Below, piece by piece: positions 45,090 through 58,504 of a DNA stretch of 64,000 nucleotides. Position numbers and translations under genes: made by a program. Source of the DNA: the human T2T-CHM13v2.0 reference genome, Homo sapiens; the NCBI RefSeq assembly GCF_009914755.1, contig NC_060942.1; one strand, written 5' to 3'. Positions within the stretch are counted from its first letter, which is position 1. Each line of letters starts with the position of its first letter. A model generated the notes under the pieces. That model was given only the letters and a program-made list of their open reading frames with translations, did no database searches and was not told the DNA's origin.

Positions 45090-46444
45090 CTTTATATTTT
45101 TATTTTTTCATCAACTTTTATCTTAAATTCCAGGGTACATGTGCAGGATGTGCAGGTTTGTTACAGAGGTAAACATGTGCCATGGTGGTTTGCTGCACAG
45201 ATCAACCCATCACCTAGGTATTAAGCCCAGCATACATTAGCTAGTCTTCCTGAGGCTCTCCCTCCCCACTTGCCCCTCCTCTGACAGGCCCTAGTGTGTG
45301 TCATTCCCCCAAAGGTGTCCATGTGTTGTCATCGTTCAGCTCCCACTTATAAGTGAGAACATGTGGTGTTTTGTTTTCGGTTCCTGTGTTAGTTTGCTGA
45401 AGATAGCGGCTTCCACCTCCATCCACGTCCCTGCAAAGGACATAATCTCGTTCCTTGCATAGTATTCCATGGAGTATATGTACTACATTTTCTCTACCCA
45501 GTCTATCATTGATGGGCATTTGGGTTGATTCCGTTTCTTTGTTATTGTGAATAGTGCTGAAATGAATATATGTGTGCATATATCTTTATAATGGAATGAT
45601 TCATATTCCTTTGGGTATATGCCCAGTAATGGAATTGCTGAGTCAAATTTTATTTCTGGTTCTAGATCTTTGAGGAATCACTACACTGTCTTCCATAATG
45701 GCTGAACTAATTTACACTCCCACCAACAGTGTAAAAGCTCCTTTTTCTTCACAACCTTGCCAGCATCTCTTGTTTCTTGTCTTTTTAATAATCACTATTC
45801 TGACTGGTATGAGATGGTATCTCATTGTGTTTTGATCTGCATTTCCCTAATGACCAGTAATGCTGAGCTTTTTTCATATGTTTGTTAGCTACATGAATAT
45901 CTTATTTTGAGAACTGTCTGCTCATGTCCTTTGTCCAGTTTTTTATGGGATTTTTTTTCTTGTAAATTTGTTTAAGCTCCTTGTAGACTCTGGATGTTAG
46001 ACTTTTGTTAGATTGATAGGTTGCAAAATTTTTCTCCCATTTTGTAGGTTGTCTGTTCACTCTGATGGTAGTTTCTTTTATTCTGCAGAAGCTCTTCAGT
46101 TTAACTAGATCCCATTTGTCAATTTTTGCTTTTGTTGCAATTTCTTTTTTTTGGTATGAAATCTTTGCCCGTGCCTATGTCCTAAATGGAATTGCCTAGA
46201 CTTTCTTCTAGCTTTTTTGTAGTTTTAGGTTTTACATTTAAGTCTTTAGTGTATCTTGAGTTAATTTTTGTATACAGTATAAGGAAATGGTCCAGTTTCA
46301 TTTTTCTGAATATGGCTAGCCAGTTGTCCCAGCACCATCTATTTATTAAATAGTGAATATTTTCCCTATTGCTTGTTTTTGTTGGGTTTGTTGAAGATCA
46401 AATGGTTGTAGATGTGCAGTCTTACTTGTGAGTTTTCTATTCTG
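45090..46444 (-). mobile_element. 5'-truncated L1PA8A/10-like element (~1.35 kb)
   Basis: gggtacatgtgcaggatgtgcaggtttgttac...cagatcaacccatcacctaggtattaagcccagc plus ORF2 C-terminal sequence. Confidence 0.88.
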
Positions 46445-46469
46445 TAGAACACATATTTCTAAGGGTCTA

Positions 46470-46915
46470 ATAATATTCATTGTTGGTGAGGGCACAGTGA
46501 GATTGCCATGTTACTTCTAGAAATATAAATGAGCACAGGTTTTTTCTTTCTTTTTTTTTTGGAAAACAACTTGTAATATGTATCAAAACTTTGGAGGAAT
46601 TTCTATGCTGTAATCCATTTACTCTGCCTTTTGGAAATGTTATTATGTAAATAATTATAATGCAAACAAGTTTTCTATATAAAGCATTCACTGTAACAAA
46701 AGCAATATTAAAATAATTAGAAACAATCTATACATTCAACAATGAAAAAGTGACTAAATCAAGTATGAGATATGGATAGAAAGAAATATACTGAAACCAT
46801 TCAGAAACATTTCAGTAGCAAAAGGAATGCTTAAAATATGATGCTAAATGGAAAAAGTATAACCTAGGCCTGTGGTAGGAGACTATTCTGATTTTGCATT
46901 AAAAAATTTCTTGTG
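46470..46915 (+). mobile_element. L1ME-like 3' fragment (appears to resume at about 55090-55240)
   Basis: ttgttggtgagg...ggaaaacaacttgtaatatgtatcaaa...atgctaaatggaaaaag; downstream tgttagcagtg...gggtaatgggattat. Confidence 0.5.
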
Positions 46916-46932
46916 CTCTTGCTCTTTTTTTT

Positions 46933-47658
46933 GATTATTAAAAGTCTATACTGTATTCATATTTCCTTAGTTTTTACCTAATGCTCTTTATATGTTCCAG
47001 GATCTCACTCAGGGCACCACATTATATTTAAATGCCACATCCACTTAGGCTCCCTGTGGCTGTGACTGTTTATCAGACTTACCTTGTGTTTATGACTTTG
47101 ACATTTTTGACAGGCACTGGTCAGATATTTTTTAAAGAATGTTCCTCAATTGGGATTTGTCTAACGTTTTTCTCATTATTAAACTGGAGTTACTTTGGGT
47201 TCTTGGGAGGAAGACCACAGAGGTGAAGGGCCATTCTCATCACTTTTTATCAAGGTCACACACTATCAGCAGGACTTTTCACTGTTGATGTTGACCTTGG
47301 TCACCTGGCTGAGGTGTGTTTGTCAGGTTTCTCTATCATAAAGTTCCTCTTTTACTCCCTTTGCACACTGTCCTCTTTGGAAGGAAGTCACTATACGCAG
47401 CCCACGCTTAAGGATCGATGATCCCTCTCCTTGAGGGGGCTACAGAAATGATTTGGAATTTTTCTGCAGGAAAGATGATTCATCTCTTCTCCCCCATTTA
47501 TTTATTTATTCAATCATTTATTCATATGAAGATGAAATCATGAACATTTATTTTATTATTTCAGCTATAACCCAATAGTACTTTATTAATTTTGTTGTTC
47601 AAATCATTCCAGCTTAGGCCATTGAGAGCTCTTTCAGCTGGCTCCTGTGTCACTTCAG
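46933..47658 (-). mobile_element. L1MC/MD-type 3'UTR internal fragment (candidate transduced DNA)
   Basis: atttccttagtttttacctaatg...gggaggaagaccacagaggtgaag...ccattgagagctctttcagctggctcctgtgtc; lacks its natural ends. Confidence 0.75.
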
Positions 47659-49049
47659 TTTTTCTTTTTCAAATTTTATTTTAGATTCAGGAGGCAAATG
47701 TGCAGGTTTGTTACCTGAGTATATTGCTTGATGCTGAGGTTTAGGGTACACCCAGGTCCTGATCATAGTACCCAACAGTTTTTCAACACTTGCCTCCTGC
47801 CTTCCCTGACCCATCTAGTAGTCCCCAGTGTCTATTGTTGCCATGTTTATGTCCACAAGTACCCAATGTTTAGTTCCCCTTATAAGTGAGAACATGCAGT
47901 ATTTTGTTGTCTGTTCCTGCATAAATTCGCTTAGGATAATGGCTTGCAGCTGCATTCATGTTGCTGCAAAGGATATGATTTCAATTGGATATGATTTCAT
48001 TGTTTCTTAATGGAAGCATAGTATTCTATTGTGTATATGTCCCACATTTTCTTTATCCAGTCCACCAATGATGGTCATGTAGGTGGATTTCATGACTTTG
48101 CTATCATGAATACTGCTGCAATGGACATTTAGGACATATGTCTTTTTGGTGGAACAACCTGCTTTCTTTTGGATATATAATCAGGAATGAGATTGTTGGG
48201 TTGAATGGTAGTTTCAAGTCTTTGAGAAATCTCCAAACTGCTTTCCACATGGGTTGAACTAATGTATATTCCCACCAATAGTGTACAAGTGTTCCCTTTT
48301 TTTCCCACAGCCTCACCACCATCTATTGTTTTTTGAGTTTTTAATAATTGTCATTCTGACTGATGTGAGATGGCATCTCATTGTGGTTTTGATTAGAATT
48401 TCCCTGATGACTAGCTATGAGGAGTAATTTTTCATATGTTTGTTGGCCACTTGTATGTCTTCTTTTGAGGAGTGCCTGTTCATGTCTTTTGCCTATTTTT
48501 AAATGGGGTTATTTGTATTTTGCTTGTTCAATTAAGTTCCTTATAGATTCTGGATATTAGACCTATGTTAGATGCAGTTTGTGAATATTTTCTCCCATTC
48601 CGTTAATGGTTTCCTTTGCTGTGGAGAAGCTCTTTAGTTTAATTAGGTCCCACTTGTCAATTTTTGTTTTTGTTGCAATTGCTTTTCAGGACTTAGTCAT
48701 AATTTATTTCCCAAGGCTGATGTCCAGAATGGTGTTTCCTAAGTTTCCGTGTAGGATTCCTACAGTTAGTGGTCCTACATGTAAATCTTTAATCCATCTG
48801 GAGTTAATTTTTGTATATGGTGAAAAATCCCATTTTATCCTTCTGCATATGGCTAGTCAGTTATGCCAGCACCATTTAGTGAATAAGGTGTCATTTCTCT
48901 TTTGCTTATTTTTGTTGGCTTGGTCAAAGATTAGATGGATATAGATGTATGGCTTTATTTCTGGGTTCTGTATTCTGTTCCATTGGTCTATGTGTCTATT
49001 TTTGCACTGGTACAACGGTCTTTTGTTTGCAGTGCCTCACAGTATAGTT

Positions 49050-49273
49050 CAAGCTTGTCCAACCTGTGGCCTGCAGGCTGCATGTGGCCCAGGATGGCTT
49101 TAAATGCAGCTCAACACAAATTCGTTAACTTTGTTAAAACATGAGATTTTTTAAAAATTTTTTATTTTTTTTAAGCTCATCAGCTATTGTTAGTGTTAGT
49201 GTATTTTATGCGTAGCCCAAGACAATTCTTCTTCCAATGTGGCCCAGGGAAGCCAAAAGATTGAACACCTCTG
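49050..49273 (-). mobile_element. MER30 hAT-Charlie MITE inserted in L1 ORF2
   Basis: caagcttgtccaacc...gtggcccagggaagccaaaagattgaacacctctg; approximate TSD GTATAGTT / GTATATAGTT. Confidence 0.9.
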
Positions 49274-52200
49274 GTATATAGTTTGAAGTCAAGTAATTTG
49301 ATGCCTCTGACTTTCTACTTTTTGCTTAGGATTGCCTTGGCTATTTGGATTATTTTTGGTTGCATATGAATTTTAGAATAAAATTTTCTTACAATTCTGT
49401 GAAAAATGACATTGGTAGTTTAACAGGAATAGTACTGAATCTATAGATTGCTTTGGGCAGTACGGCCATTTTAATGATATTGATTCTTCCAATTCATAAG
49501 CATGAAATGCTTTTCCATTTGTTTGTGTCATCTATGATTTCTTTTAGTAGTGCTTTGTAGTTCTCTTTGTAGATATCTTTTACCTCCTTGATTAGCTGTA
49601 TTCCTAGGTATTTTATTTTATTGGTGGCTGCAATTGTAAGTGTGATTGCATTCTTGATTTGGCTCTCAGCTTGAATGTTAATGGTGTATAAAAAATACTA
49701 CTAATTTTTGTACATTGATTTAGTATCCTGAAACTTTGCTGGAGACATTTATCAGTTTCAGGAGCATTTTGGTGGAGTCTTTAGGGATTTGTAAGTATAG
49801 AATCTTATTGTCTGCGAAGAGAGATAGTTTGACTCCTTTTGCTGTTTAGATGCCCTTCATTTTTTTTCTCCTGCCTGATTGCTCTAGCTAGCATTTCCAA
49901 TGCTATGTTGAATAGGAGTGGTGACAGTGGGCATCCTTGCCTTGTTCCAGTTCTCAAAGTGAATGCTTCCAGTTTTTGCCTGCTCAGTACGATGTTGGCT
50001 CTGGGCTTGCTATAGATGGCTCTTATTATTTTGATGTATGTTCCTTTGATGTATACCCAGTCTGTTGAATATTTTTATCATGAAGGGATATTGGATTTTA
50101 ATGAAAGCTTTTTCTGTGTCTATTGAGATGATCAAATGAGTTGTTTTTAATTCTGTTTGTGTGGTGAATCACATTTATTGATTTTTATATGATGAACCAA
50201 CCTTGCATCCCAGGAATAAAGCTTACATGATCATGATGAGTTAACTTTTTATATGCTGTTGAATTCTGTTGAATTTTGTTGAGGGTTTCTGCATCTATAT
50301 TCATCAGGGATATCGGCCTGTAATTTTCTTTTTTGTTGTTATGTCTTTGCCAAGTTCTAGTGTCAAGGTAATACTTGCTTCATATAATAAATTAAGTAAG
50401 AATCCCTCCTCCTTGATGTTTTTGAAATAGTTTCAGTAGAAACTATTTCATGATACAAGCTCTTCTTTGTTCATCTGGTAGGATTTGGCTGTGAATCCAT
50501 CTTTTCCAGGGCTTTTTTTGCTTGGTAGATTTTAAAATTACTGATTTAATTTAAGAACTTTATATTGGTCTGTTCAGTGTTTCAATTTCTTCCTTATTAA
50601 ATTTTGGGAAATTGTGTGTTTTCAGGAATTTTTCCATTTCCTCTCAATTTTCTAGTTTTTGCATGTAGAGATGTTGATAATAGTCTCTGAGACTCCTTTG
50701 TGTTTCTGTGGAATTGGTTGTAATATCACCTTTATTGTTTCTGATTGTACTTATTTGGATCTTTTTTTCGTTGTTATTCTAGCTAGCATCTATTAATCTT
50801 TTTTATCCTTTCAAACAAACACCTTTTGGTTTCACTGATACTTCATATGGAATTTTTGGCCTTAGTTTTTTTTTTTTAATTTCTGCTCTAAATTTACCTA
50901 TTTCTTTTCTTTTCCTAGGTTTGGAGTTAGTTTGTTCTTATTTTTCTAGTTACTCTAGATGTAATGCTAGATCATTCATTTGAGATCTTTCTAACTTTTT
51001 CAGTAGGCATTTAGGACTATAAACTTTCCACTTAACACTGCTTTTGCTGCATTCCAGAAACTTTGGTATGTGTGTCTCTGTTTTCACTTATTTGAAGCAA
51101 TTTTTTATTTCTGCCTTGATTTTATTGTTCAACCCAAAGTCATTTTGGAGCAAGTTGTTTAATTTACAAGTACATATGCGGTTTTGAGAGATCTTCTTGG
51201 TATTAATTCCCGTTTTAGTTCCATTGTGGTCCAAGAGTATTGTTGGTAAAATTTTCAATTTTTTAAAATTTATTCAGAGTTGCCTTATGTCTGAGCATGT
51301 TGTTGATCTTGGAGTATGTTCTGTATGCAGATGAGATAAACGCATATTCTGCTTCATGGGTAGAGTATTCTGTCATGTTTATTAGGTCCAATTGGTTAAG
51401 TGTCAAGCCCAGAATTTCTTTGTTAGTTTTCTGCCTTGATGATTTGTCTAATGCTGTGAGTGGTGTGTTGAAATAGCCCACTGTTATTGTGTAGTTGTGT
51501 AAATCTTTTGTAGGTACAGTACTGCTTGTTTTATGAATCTGGTTACTCCAACTTTGGGAGTGTATATGTTTAGGATAGTTAACTCTTCCTGTTGGATTCA
51601 ACCCTTTATTATTACGTAATGCCCTTCTTTGTCCTTTTTTACTGTTGTTAGTTTAAAGTCTGTTTTTTTTTCCAATATTAGAATAGTGATCCTTGCTTTT
51701 TTATTTGTTTCCATTTGTATGGTAGATCTTTCTCAACCCTTTAGTTTGAGCCTATGGATGTCATTACGTGTGAGATGGGTCTCTTTAAGACAGCAGATAG
51801 ATGGTTCTTGTTTTTTAATTTATCCTGACACTTTGTGCCTTGTATGTGGGGCATTTAGTCCATTTACACTCAAGTTTAATATTGACATGTGAGATTTTGA
51901 TCCTATCATGAAGTCGTTATCTGTTTGCTTTGTAGTTTATATGGTGTTTTTGCTTTATAGGGTTTGTGGTTTATGTACTTAAGTGTGTTTTTGTGCTAGC
52001 AGGTATCATTCTTTTGTTTCCATGTTGAGAACTCCCTTTAGAAGCTCTTGTAAGGCTGGTCTAGTAGTGGCAAATTCCCTTAATGCTTGGTTGTTTGGAA
52101 AATATTTTATTTTCCTTTCCCTTATGAAGTTTAGTTAGGTGGGATTGTGAAATTCTTGGTTGGAATTACTTTTCTTTAAGAAGACTGAATATAGGTCCCC

Positions 52201-53429
52201 AATTTCTTCTGGCTTGTAAGGTTTTTGTTGTGAAATCTGCCCTTGGCCTGGTGGGGTTCCCTTTGTATGTGATCTTCCATTTTTCTCTAGTGGCCTTAAG
52301 ATTTTTTTCTTAGCATTGACCTTAGACAATCTGGTAACTATATCACTTGGTGATGTTTGTTTTGTATAATATCTTGCAGGTGTTCCCTGGATTTCTTATA
52401 TCTGGATGTCTACTTGTCAAGCATGACTAGAAATTTTTTCTCAAATTATTTCCTCAAATATATATTCCAGATTGTTTGCTTTTTCTTCTCTCTCAGGAAT
52501 GGCAGTAATCCATAAGCTTGGTTGCTTTACATAATCTTATATTTCTTTAAAGTCTTTGCTCACTATTTTTCAATTTTTTAAGAAAAATGTTTGTCAGAAT
52601 GGGTTAGTTCAAAAGACTGTTTTTCTAGCTCTTAAATTCTTTCTTCTGCTTAGTACAATCTATTGATAAAGCTCTAAATTATATTCTGAAATTCCTTAAG
52701 TGAGTTTTTCAATTTCAGGAGCTGAGATTTATTTCTTTTTAAGATGTTTATCTCTTCCTTCATTTTCTGTATTGCTACAGAAGTTTATTTGTGTTGATTT
52801 TCAACCTTGTCATGGTTCTAGAATTCTTGCGCTGGCTTCTTCTCTTCTGGAGATGCTGACACTTCTAATTTTTGTAATTATTTTTGTGTGGGTACAATCT
52901 TTTATTTCTTTTCCTATAATGTTATTATTATTATTGTTTATTATTTTTATTATTTTATATCCATTTTTCTTTCCCCCCTACTTAGGGGATGTGACTGTAG
53001 AGAATGCTGGGTAGGCTCTTTTGTCTTTGCATCTACTACTCTATTACTTCTTTCAGCAGGTTTCATACTAAACTGTGCAGTTTATCCTGCCAGCCCATAG
53101 ATAGCACTTATAGGTAAGAGTTGTCTGATGCCAACATGGCTGGGTAAGTACTTGATCCTTGTTTAATGACAGAAGCTCCCTTTTGCTTCAGACAATTTAA
53201 TGATTTGTAGAATTTACAGTTGTCTGAGCTCCCTGCTCAGTCCTTGGGAGGGGGGAATGGTGGCACAAGACTAAGCAGGTGCCTTGATGGTAAGCATAAG
53301 CACCAGTGCCAGTGGAGAATCCAGTGGGTAGTCACTAGGAACACAAAGGTGTTCCTGGGTGTGGAGCTGGGCAACCTCCTCAACTCCAAGTTCTCTGCAT
53401 GGGGCTGGGGGTGTCGCCTAAATTCATAA

Positions 53430-54275
53430 TCCAGGAGAGTGGATGCTCCAGATTTTTGGAGATCTGCCTGGGCATGGAGCAGACGAAGCACCCCTGCACT
53501 AAGGTCTCTGCATAGGAGGGGTGGAGTGAACTCAGGCTGCTGTACCAGGGAAGCAAGTGTCCTGAATTCCTGGAAATCTAGCTTTGCATGGAACTGAGAG
53601 GGTCTTGCTGCTCCACAATCTATATTCAGGAAAGGTGAGATGGCTCAGGCTGCTGAGCCAGATGAATGGGTGCTCTGAATGCCTGGTGAGCTTCTCGGGT
53701 GTGAAGTATAGAGTGTGTCCTTGTACCAGAATCTCTGCACAGAAAGAGTCGGGTGGGTCAGACTGTTGATCCAGGTGAATGATGCTCCAAATGCCTGGAG
53801 ATCTGCCGGGCATGGAGCAGGGAGGTCCCCCTGCACCAGGATCCCTACACAGGAGGAGTGGGGCAACTCAGGCTTCTGGATCAAGCTGGCAGTTTCTGTG
53901 AATACCTGGAGATCTTCGTGGACATGTAGCATCAGGATCTCTGCACAGAAAGAGTGGGGTGGCTCAGGCTGCTGAAAGAGGTGAATGGGTGCTCTGAATG
54001 CCAGGAAATCTGCCTGTGCATGGGGCAGAAAGGACCCTGCTGCACCAATCTATGTCTAAGTGCTGTGGGGCAGTTCAGGCTCTTGAACCAGGGGAATTGG
54101 CACTCCAAATGCCTGGAGATCTGCTTGCGGGGTGGAGTTAAGGAGGCCCTCCTGCACTAAGATCTATGTCTAGCAGGGTGGGACAGCTCAGGCTGCTGGT
54201 CCAGGCAACCAGGAGTCCCAAATGCCTAAATTTCTGCCTGATCATGGAGCAGAGAGGGCCCTGCTGCACCATGAT
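53430..54275 (-). repeat. About 7-8 diverged ~112-bp tandem units in the L1 5'UTR
   Basis: ctcaggctgctg-type motif near 53531, 53644, 53757, 53866, 53963, 54074 and 54187. Confidence 0.85.
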
Positions 54276-55677
54276 ATTAGGGGAGTATTAGGGGCACCCA
54301 GAAATGGCACATGCAGATGGAATACATGCTGGCCTTGGCTGTAAGTCTAGCTGCCCAGGAAAAACTGCACCTGTAGCAGCTCTCCTCCTTCCCCAGGCCT
54401 GCGATAGGGAAGAAGACAATTCCAGTGCCTATTGTTGAGGGGACTTTCCATAGTTCTGTCTGTGAAGGCCCCTACCTTGCCCTAGAGCAGGCACTCCAGT
54501 CTCTGGCCTGGGCCTGAAACACCTGTGTGACCACACTGTTGGGTCACCAAAGAATGGCTGACTTTGTATGTACCCAGATTAAAAATGGTGTCCTGCTCTC
54601 AGCCCCAGGTGTAGGAGAATGTCTGCAGCATTTCCCAGTGTCTTTCCTTCACAGCATCTTCAAGCCTTTCCCCAAGTTAACTCCAGGGCTTGGGAGAAGC
54701 AAAGTGCTCTCTCTCGGCTTGGGTTGCTCAGATCCCCAGTGGAAAGGTGAGTAACACAGGGATGCTTTCTCCCTTTCTCACATACTGGAGCTTCACTCAC
54801 TTTTATCAGCGAGATGCTGATGCAGATCATGGGGGCTGATTGCCCACAATAGCCTCCCTGGGTGTTTTTCATGGTTCTGATAGATTCCCATTTTTCTTCT
54901 TGAATTAAAGCTCACAGCATGGATCTTTGTGCACTAACTTGCTATTTTCAGACTGAGTCATGGTAAAAGCTTCTAATCCGCCATCTTAGAAAAAAGAAAC
55001 ATCTCTTGCTCTTTGATTTTGGTTCTACTGCAATCACACTTGCCAACTCCCTCATTCTCTCTACATGTATTTCTCTCTGTATTTTTTACAGCTGTGTATT
55101 TGTTTGTATAGTAAAAAGGTAAGAAGGATTTATAGCTATGTGTTAGCAGTGTCTCTTGTTGGGTAATGGGATTATTCATAGTGTTCATTTTTTTCCTAGA
55201 ATTTTTTTCTCAATTTCAGGTAATAGACATCAGGAAAATCATTTTAAATCCAATGAGAATTATAACTTAAAAGAGATTCTGTACTTATGACAAAATGCAG
55301 CTTGTTAGCCACTAATACATCTGCAGTCTTTTTATACGTCTCCTGGAGAGCTGGTCATTTTTATTCACAAAGGACAAGTTCTTGACTTTGTACTTGGTTA
55401 CCTTAGAGCTTTTGTCTTAATTTAACATCTCTGTTCTTTTGGATTTTAATGTGGGAGGGTGAAGTGGGGAGGGGGAGTGAGAAAACTTCCCCTTGATATA
55501 ACATTTTCTCTATCAAGTTTTAAGTATATCCCAGTATTGTCCATAATAAATGCAGTCTTTAAAAATCACACATACTGAAGTGATTCTTTACACTTTTGTC
55601 CATTGCTTTTTCTCAAAAGAATAAATCCATAAATAAGTCCATAGGGGTTAAAATCCTAAGTGAGTGTCAAAAAATAA

Positions 55678-56104
55678 TGTGTGAGTCTATTTTTCATTGC
55701 TATAAAGAAATACCTAAGACTGGTAACATCAAATTATTATTTATAAAGAAAGGAGGTTTATTTGCCTTATCATTCTGCAGTCTGTACAAGCATTGCACTC
55801 ACATCTGCTTGGCTTCTGGTGAGGCCTTGGGAAGCTTTTAGTCATAGCAGAAGAGAGGGGACCTGGTGTGTCACATAGTGAGAGAGGAAGCAAGAGAGAG
55901 AGGAGAGGAGTCCCAAACTCTTTTTAACAATCAGCTCTCATGTGAACTAATAGAGTGAGAACTCACTTATTACCATGGGGATGGCACCAAGCCATTCATG
56001 AAGGACCACCTGTATGATTCAAACACTTCCACTGGACCCCATCTTCAATACTAGGGATTGCTTTTCAGCATGAGATTTGGAGGGGATAAACATGCAAACT
56101 ATCA
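55678..56104 (-). mobile_element. MSTB-like MaLR solo LTR
   Basis: tgtgtgagtc...gctataaagaaatacct...catgagatttggaggggataaacatgcaaactatca; TSD AATAA/AATAG. Confidence 0.88.
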
Positions 56105-56149
56105 AATAGGATGTAAAAGCCTTAGTCTCTTGTCTTTAAAAGTAGTTAA

Positions 56150-56400
56150 TTCATTCACTTTTTTATTAATTAAAAACATTTTTAATATTTAAAAATTCCT
56201 TCACTTCTCTTATTAATTAAAAATATTTTTGACACCTATGCATTTTGTTATTTGGTGTTGGAGGATGTCCTCCTATCCTCAAATACTTGCAATCTAGGAG
56301 TAGAAAATGATCTGTGAATGAGTAAACAGGATACAGTTAGAAAATCAAATACATTATAGAAGATAAAGAATAAAATGCTATAGACTTCAGAGATAGAACT
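56150..56400 (-). mobile_element. L2 3' fragment with a short local duplication
   Basis: ttcattcact...ttaattaaaaacatttt occurs twice, then gacacctatg...tcctatcctcaaatacttgcaatctagg. Confidence 0.5.
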
Positions 56401-56800
56401 AAATTAATATATCTTCAAAACTTTATAATAAACACAAATAAAAATACAGTAATATAGTACACATTAGAAACAATTTAAGGGTTTGATTAAGCCAATTTTC
56501 AATTAAATATAATAAATTTCAGTCGCTTATCATAAACTCATCTAAAAAATAGATCGTAGTAGCTCAGAGAGGCATTTACTTACACAAATGTCAAAACAGG
56601 TAATAGGTCTTTGCTCACTTTTTCTCACATATCACAATCTTCAACACCACCCATCTCCTACTTATAATAACAAAAGGAAATATCTGGCCAATATATAAGA
56701 ATATACAATAGTCCTATTTGTAATTAATAGCCTATTTGTTAACATCAAATTATATAATGACAAAAGCAGAATTAGAAGGAGATTAAGAGTGACATCGAAG

Positions 56801-56882
56801 TGTAGATGAAACCAATGAAATGGTTGATATTGGACAGAGTCTGACCTAGATAAATGGCAGTTTCACATGGTTCATCCTAATA
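56801..56882. mobile_element. MADE2 (mariner-derived MITE)
   Basis: ~80 bp with inverted ends tagatgaaaccaatgaaatgg...ggcagtttcacatggttcatcctaata. Confidence 0.75.
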
Positions 56883-57489
56883 GGTATTTGAAGACTAAAT
56901 AAGTGTAGGGTTTTAAGAAGACATCTCTCAATGAGATGTTTGACTATAAGTGCACTGAATTAACAAAATCTATTTTTTTAAAAATCTGGTGGTGTGCAAC
57001 TGAGGCTCCAAATTTATAACATCTGTATTCAAAGCAAACTTTATACTTTTCTTTAATTGGAGAGGACATAGTACACCATATACTTTGATCTTTACATGTA
57101 TGCTACCTTGTAAATTCTTTAAACCACTTATGATTCCTCAAACATTTCTAGGCATGGAAATAATTAATATCTAATAAAACTAATTTGGCTGTTTGATGAA
57201 TATGGGCATACTGATTCCTATTGTGGCAAAACATGTTTATCTTACGGGCCTATATATTTGCTGATAACATGCTTATTTCCACATTATAATGTTATTCAGC
57301 CTGGGCTACTTCTAGAATGGAAAATTAGAATGTAAGAGTATGTTTAAATTTCCATCCATTTTCACAGTAAGAGAGCAGACTTCTTTGTATGCTGGCCATA
57401 TGCATTTAGATAGAGGGACACGTGTGGGAAATGTTAGTTGGTATGCCGTTCTTGGTATGACAGTACTGCTTAATAAACATATATACACC

Positions 57490-57808
<319 letters not shown>

Positions 57809-58290
57809 GTATCTAAGAGGGTACAGTGATGAATTGAACTGTACCATGGTGTCACAATTATTGACCTTGGTAATGTGTTTTATTCTTTGAATCATTTAGT
57901 TTTGTTAAGCAGATGAGTTTTATTTCCTAATGACATAAAGAGAACATGCTCCTCTCTAAGAAATGCTCCTACTCTGTTCTCTCTCTCCACCTCTCCCCAC
58001 TCTATCAGTTGAAGCATTAAATCTCATCTTTTGTATTTGAAGGAAGATTCTCCTTATTTTTATTTAGGAGCTGCCTGTATCTTTCCAATGTTTTAATTAC
58101 ACGCAGTCATACTTGGTTAATTAGAATTAGTATGCCAAAATCCACCTTGGAACTAAATAGAAATTAGTATAGTGAGTCAAGAGAACACACACAGGAAAAG
58201 GTTGAATAGCTGAATCACTTTTACCATTATACTAGGAAATATTTTTCATCACAACAGGACAATAATTGTTTATCCTTCCTCACCCTAACC

Positions 58291-58504
58291 CAGGGTTTCT
58301 GAACCTCAGCATTGTCCACACTTTCAACTAGATAATTCTTAGCTGTAGTGGCTTTCCTGTGCATTGTAGGATGTTTAGCAGCATCCTTGACCTCAGATGC
58401 CAGTAGCACCCCAGTCCCTAGTTGCGAACATAAAAAAAAGAATGTATACAGACTTTGACAAATATCTCCTGAGGGTCAAAATTGCTGCAAGTTGAGAATC
58501 ACTG
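58291..58504 (+). mobile_element. MER20 hAT-Charlie MITE
   Basis: cagggtttctgaacctcagca...cctgtgcattgtaggatgtttagcagcatcc...gttgagaatcactg. Confidence 0.88.

Larger units (their letters stand above)
47659..54990 (-). mobile_element. Full-length decayed LINE-1, L1PA16-like (~7.3 kb including MER30)
   Basis: 3' end ttttattttagattcagg...gtgcaggtttgttacctgagtatattgc...gatgctgagg; ORF2 and ORF1 remnants; 5' end ctaagatggcggattag on the minus strand. Confidence 0.9.
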
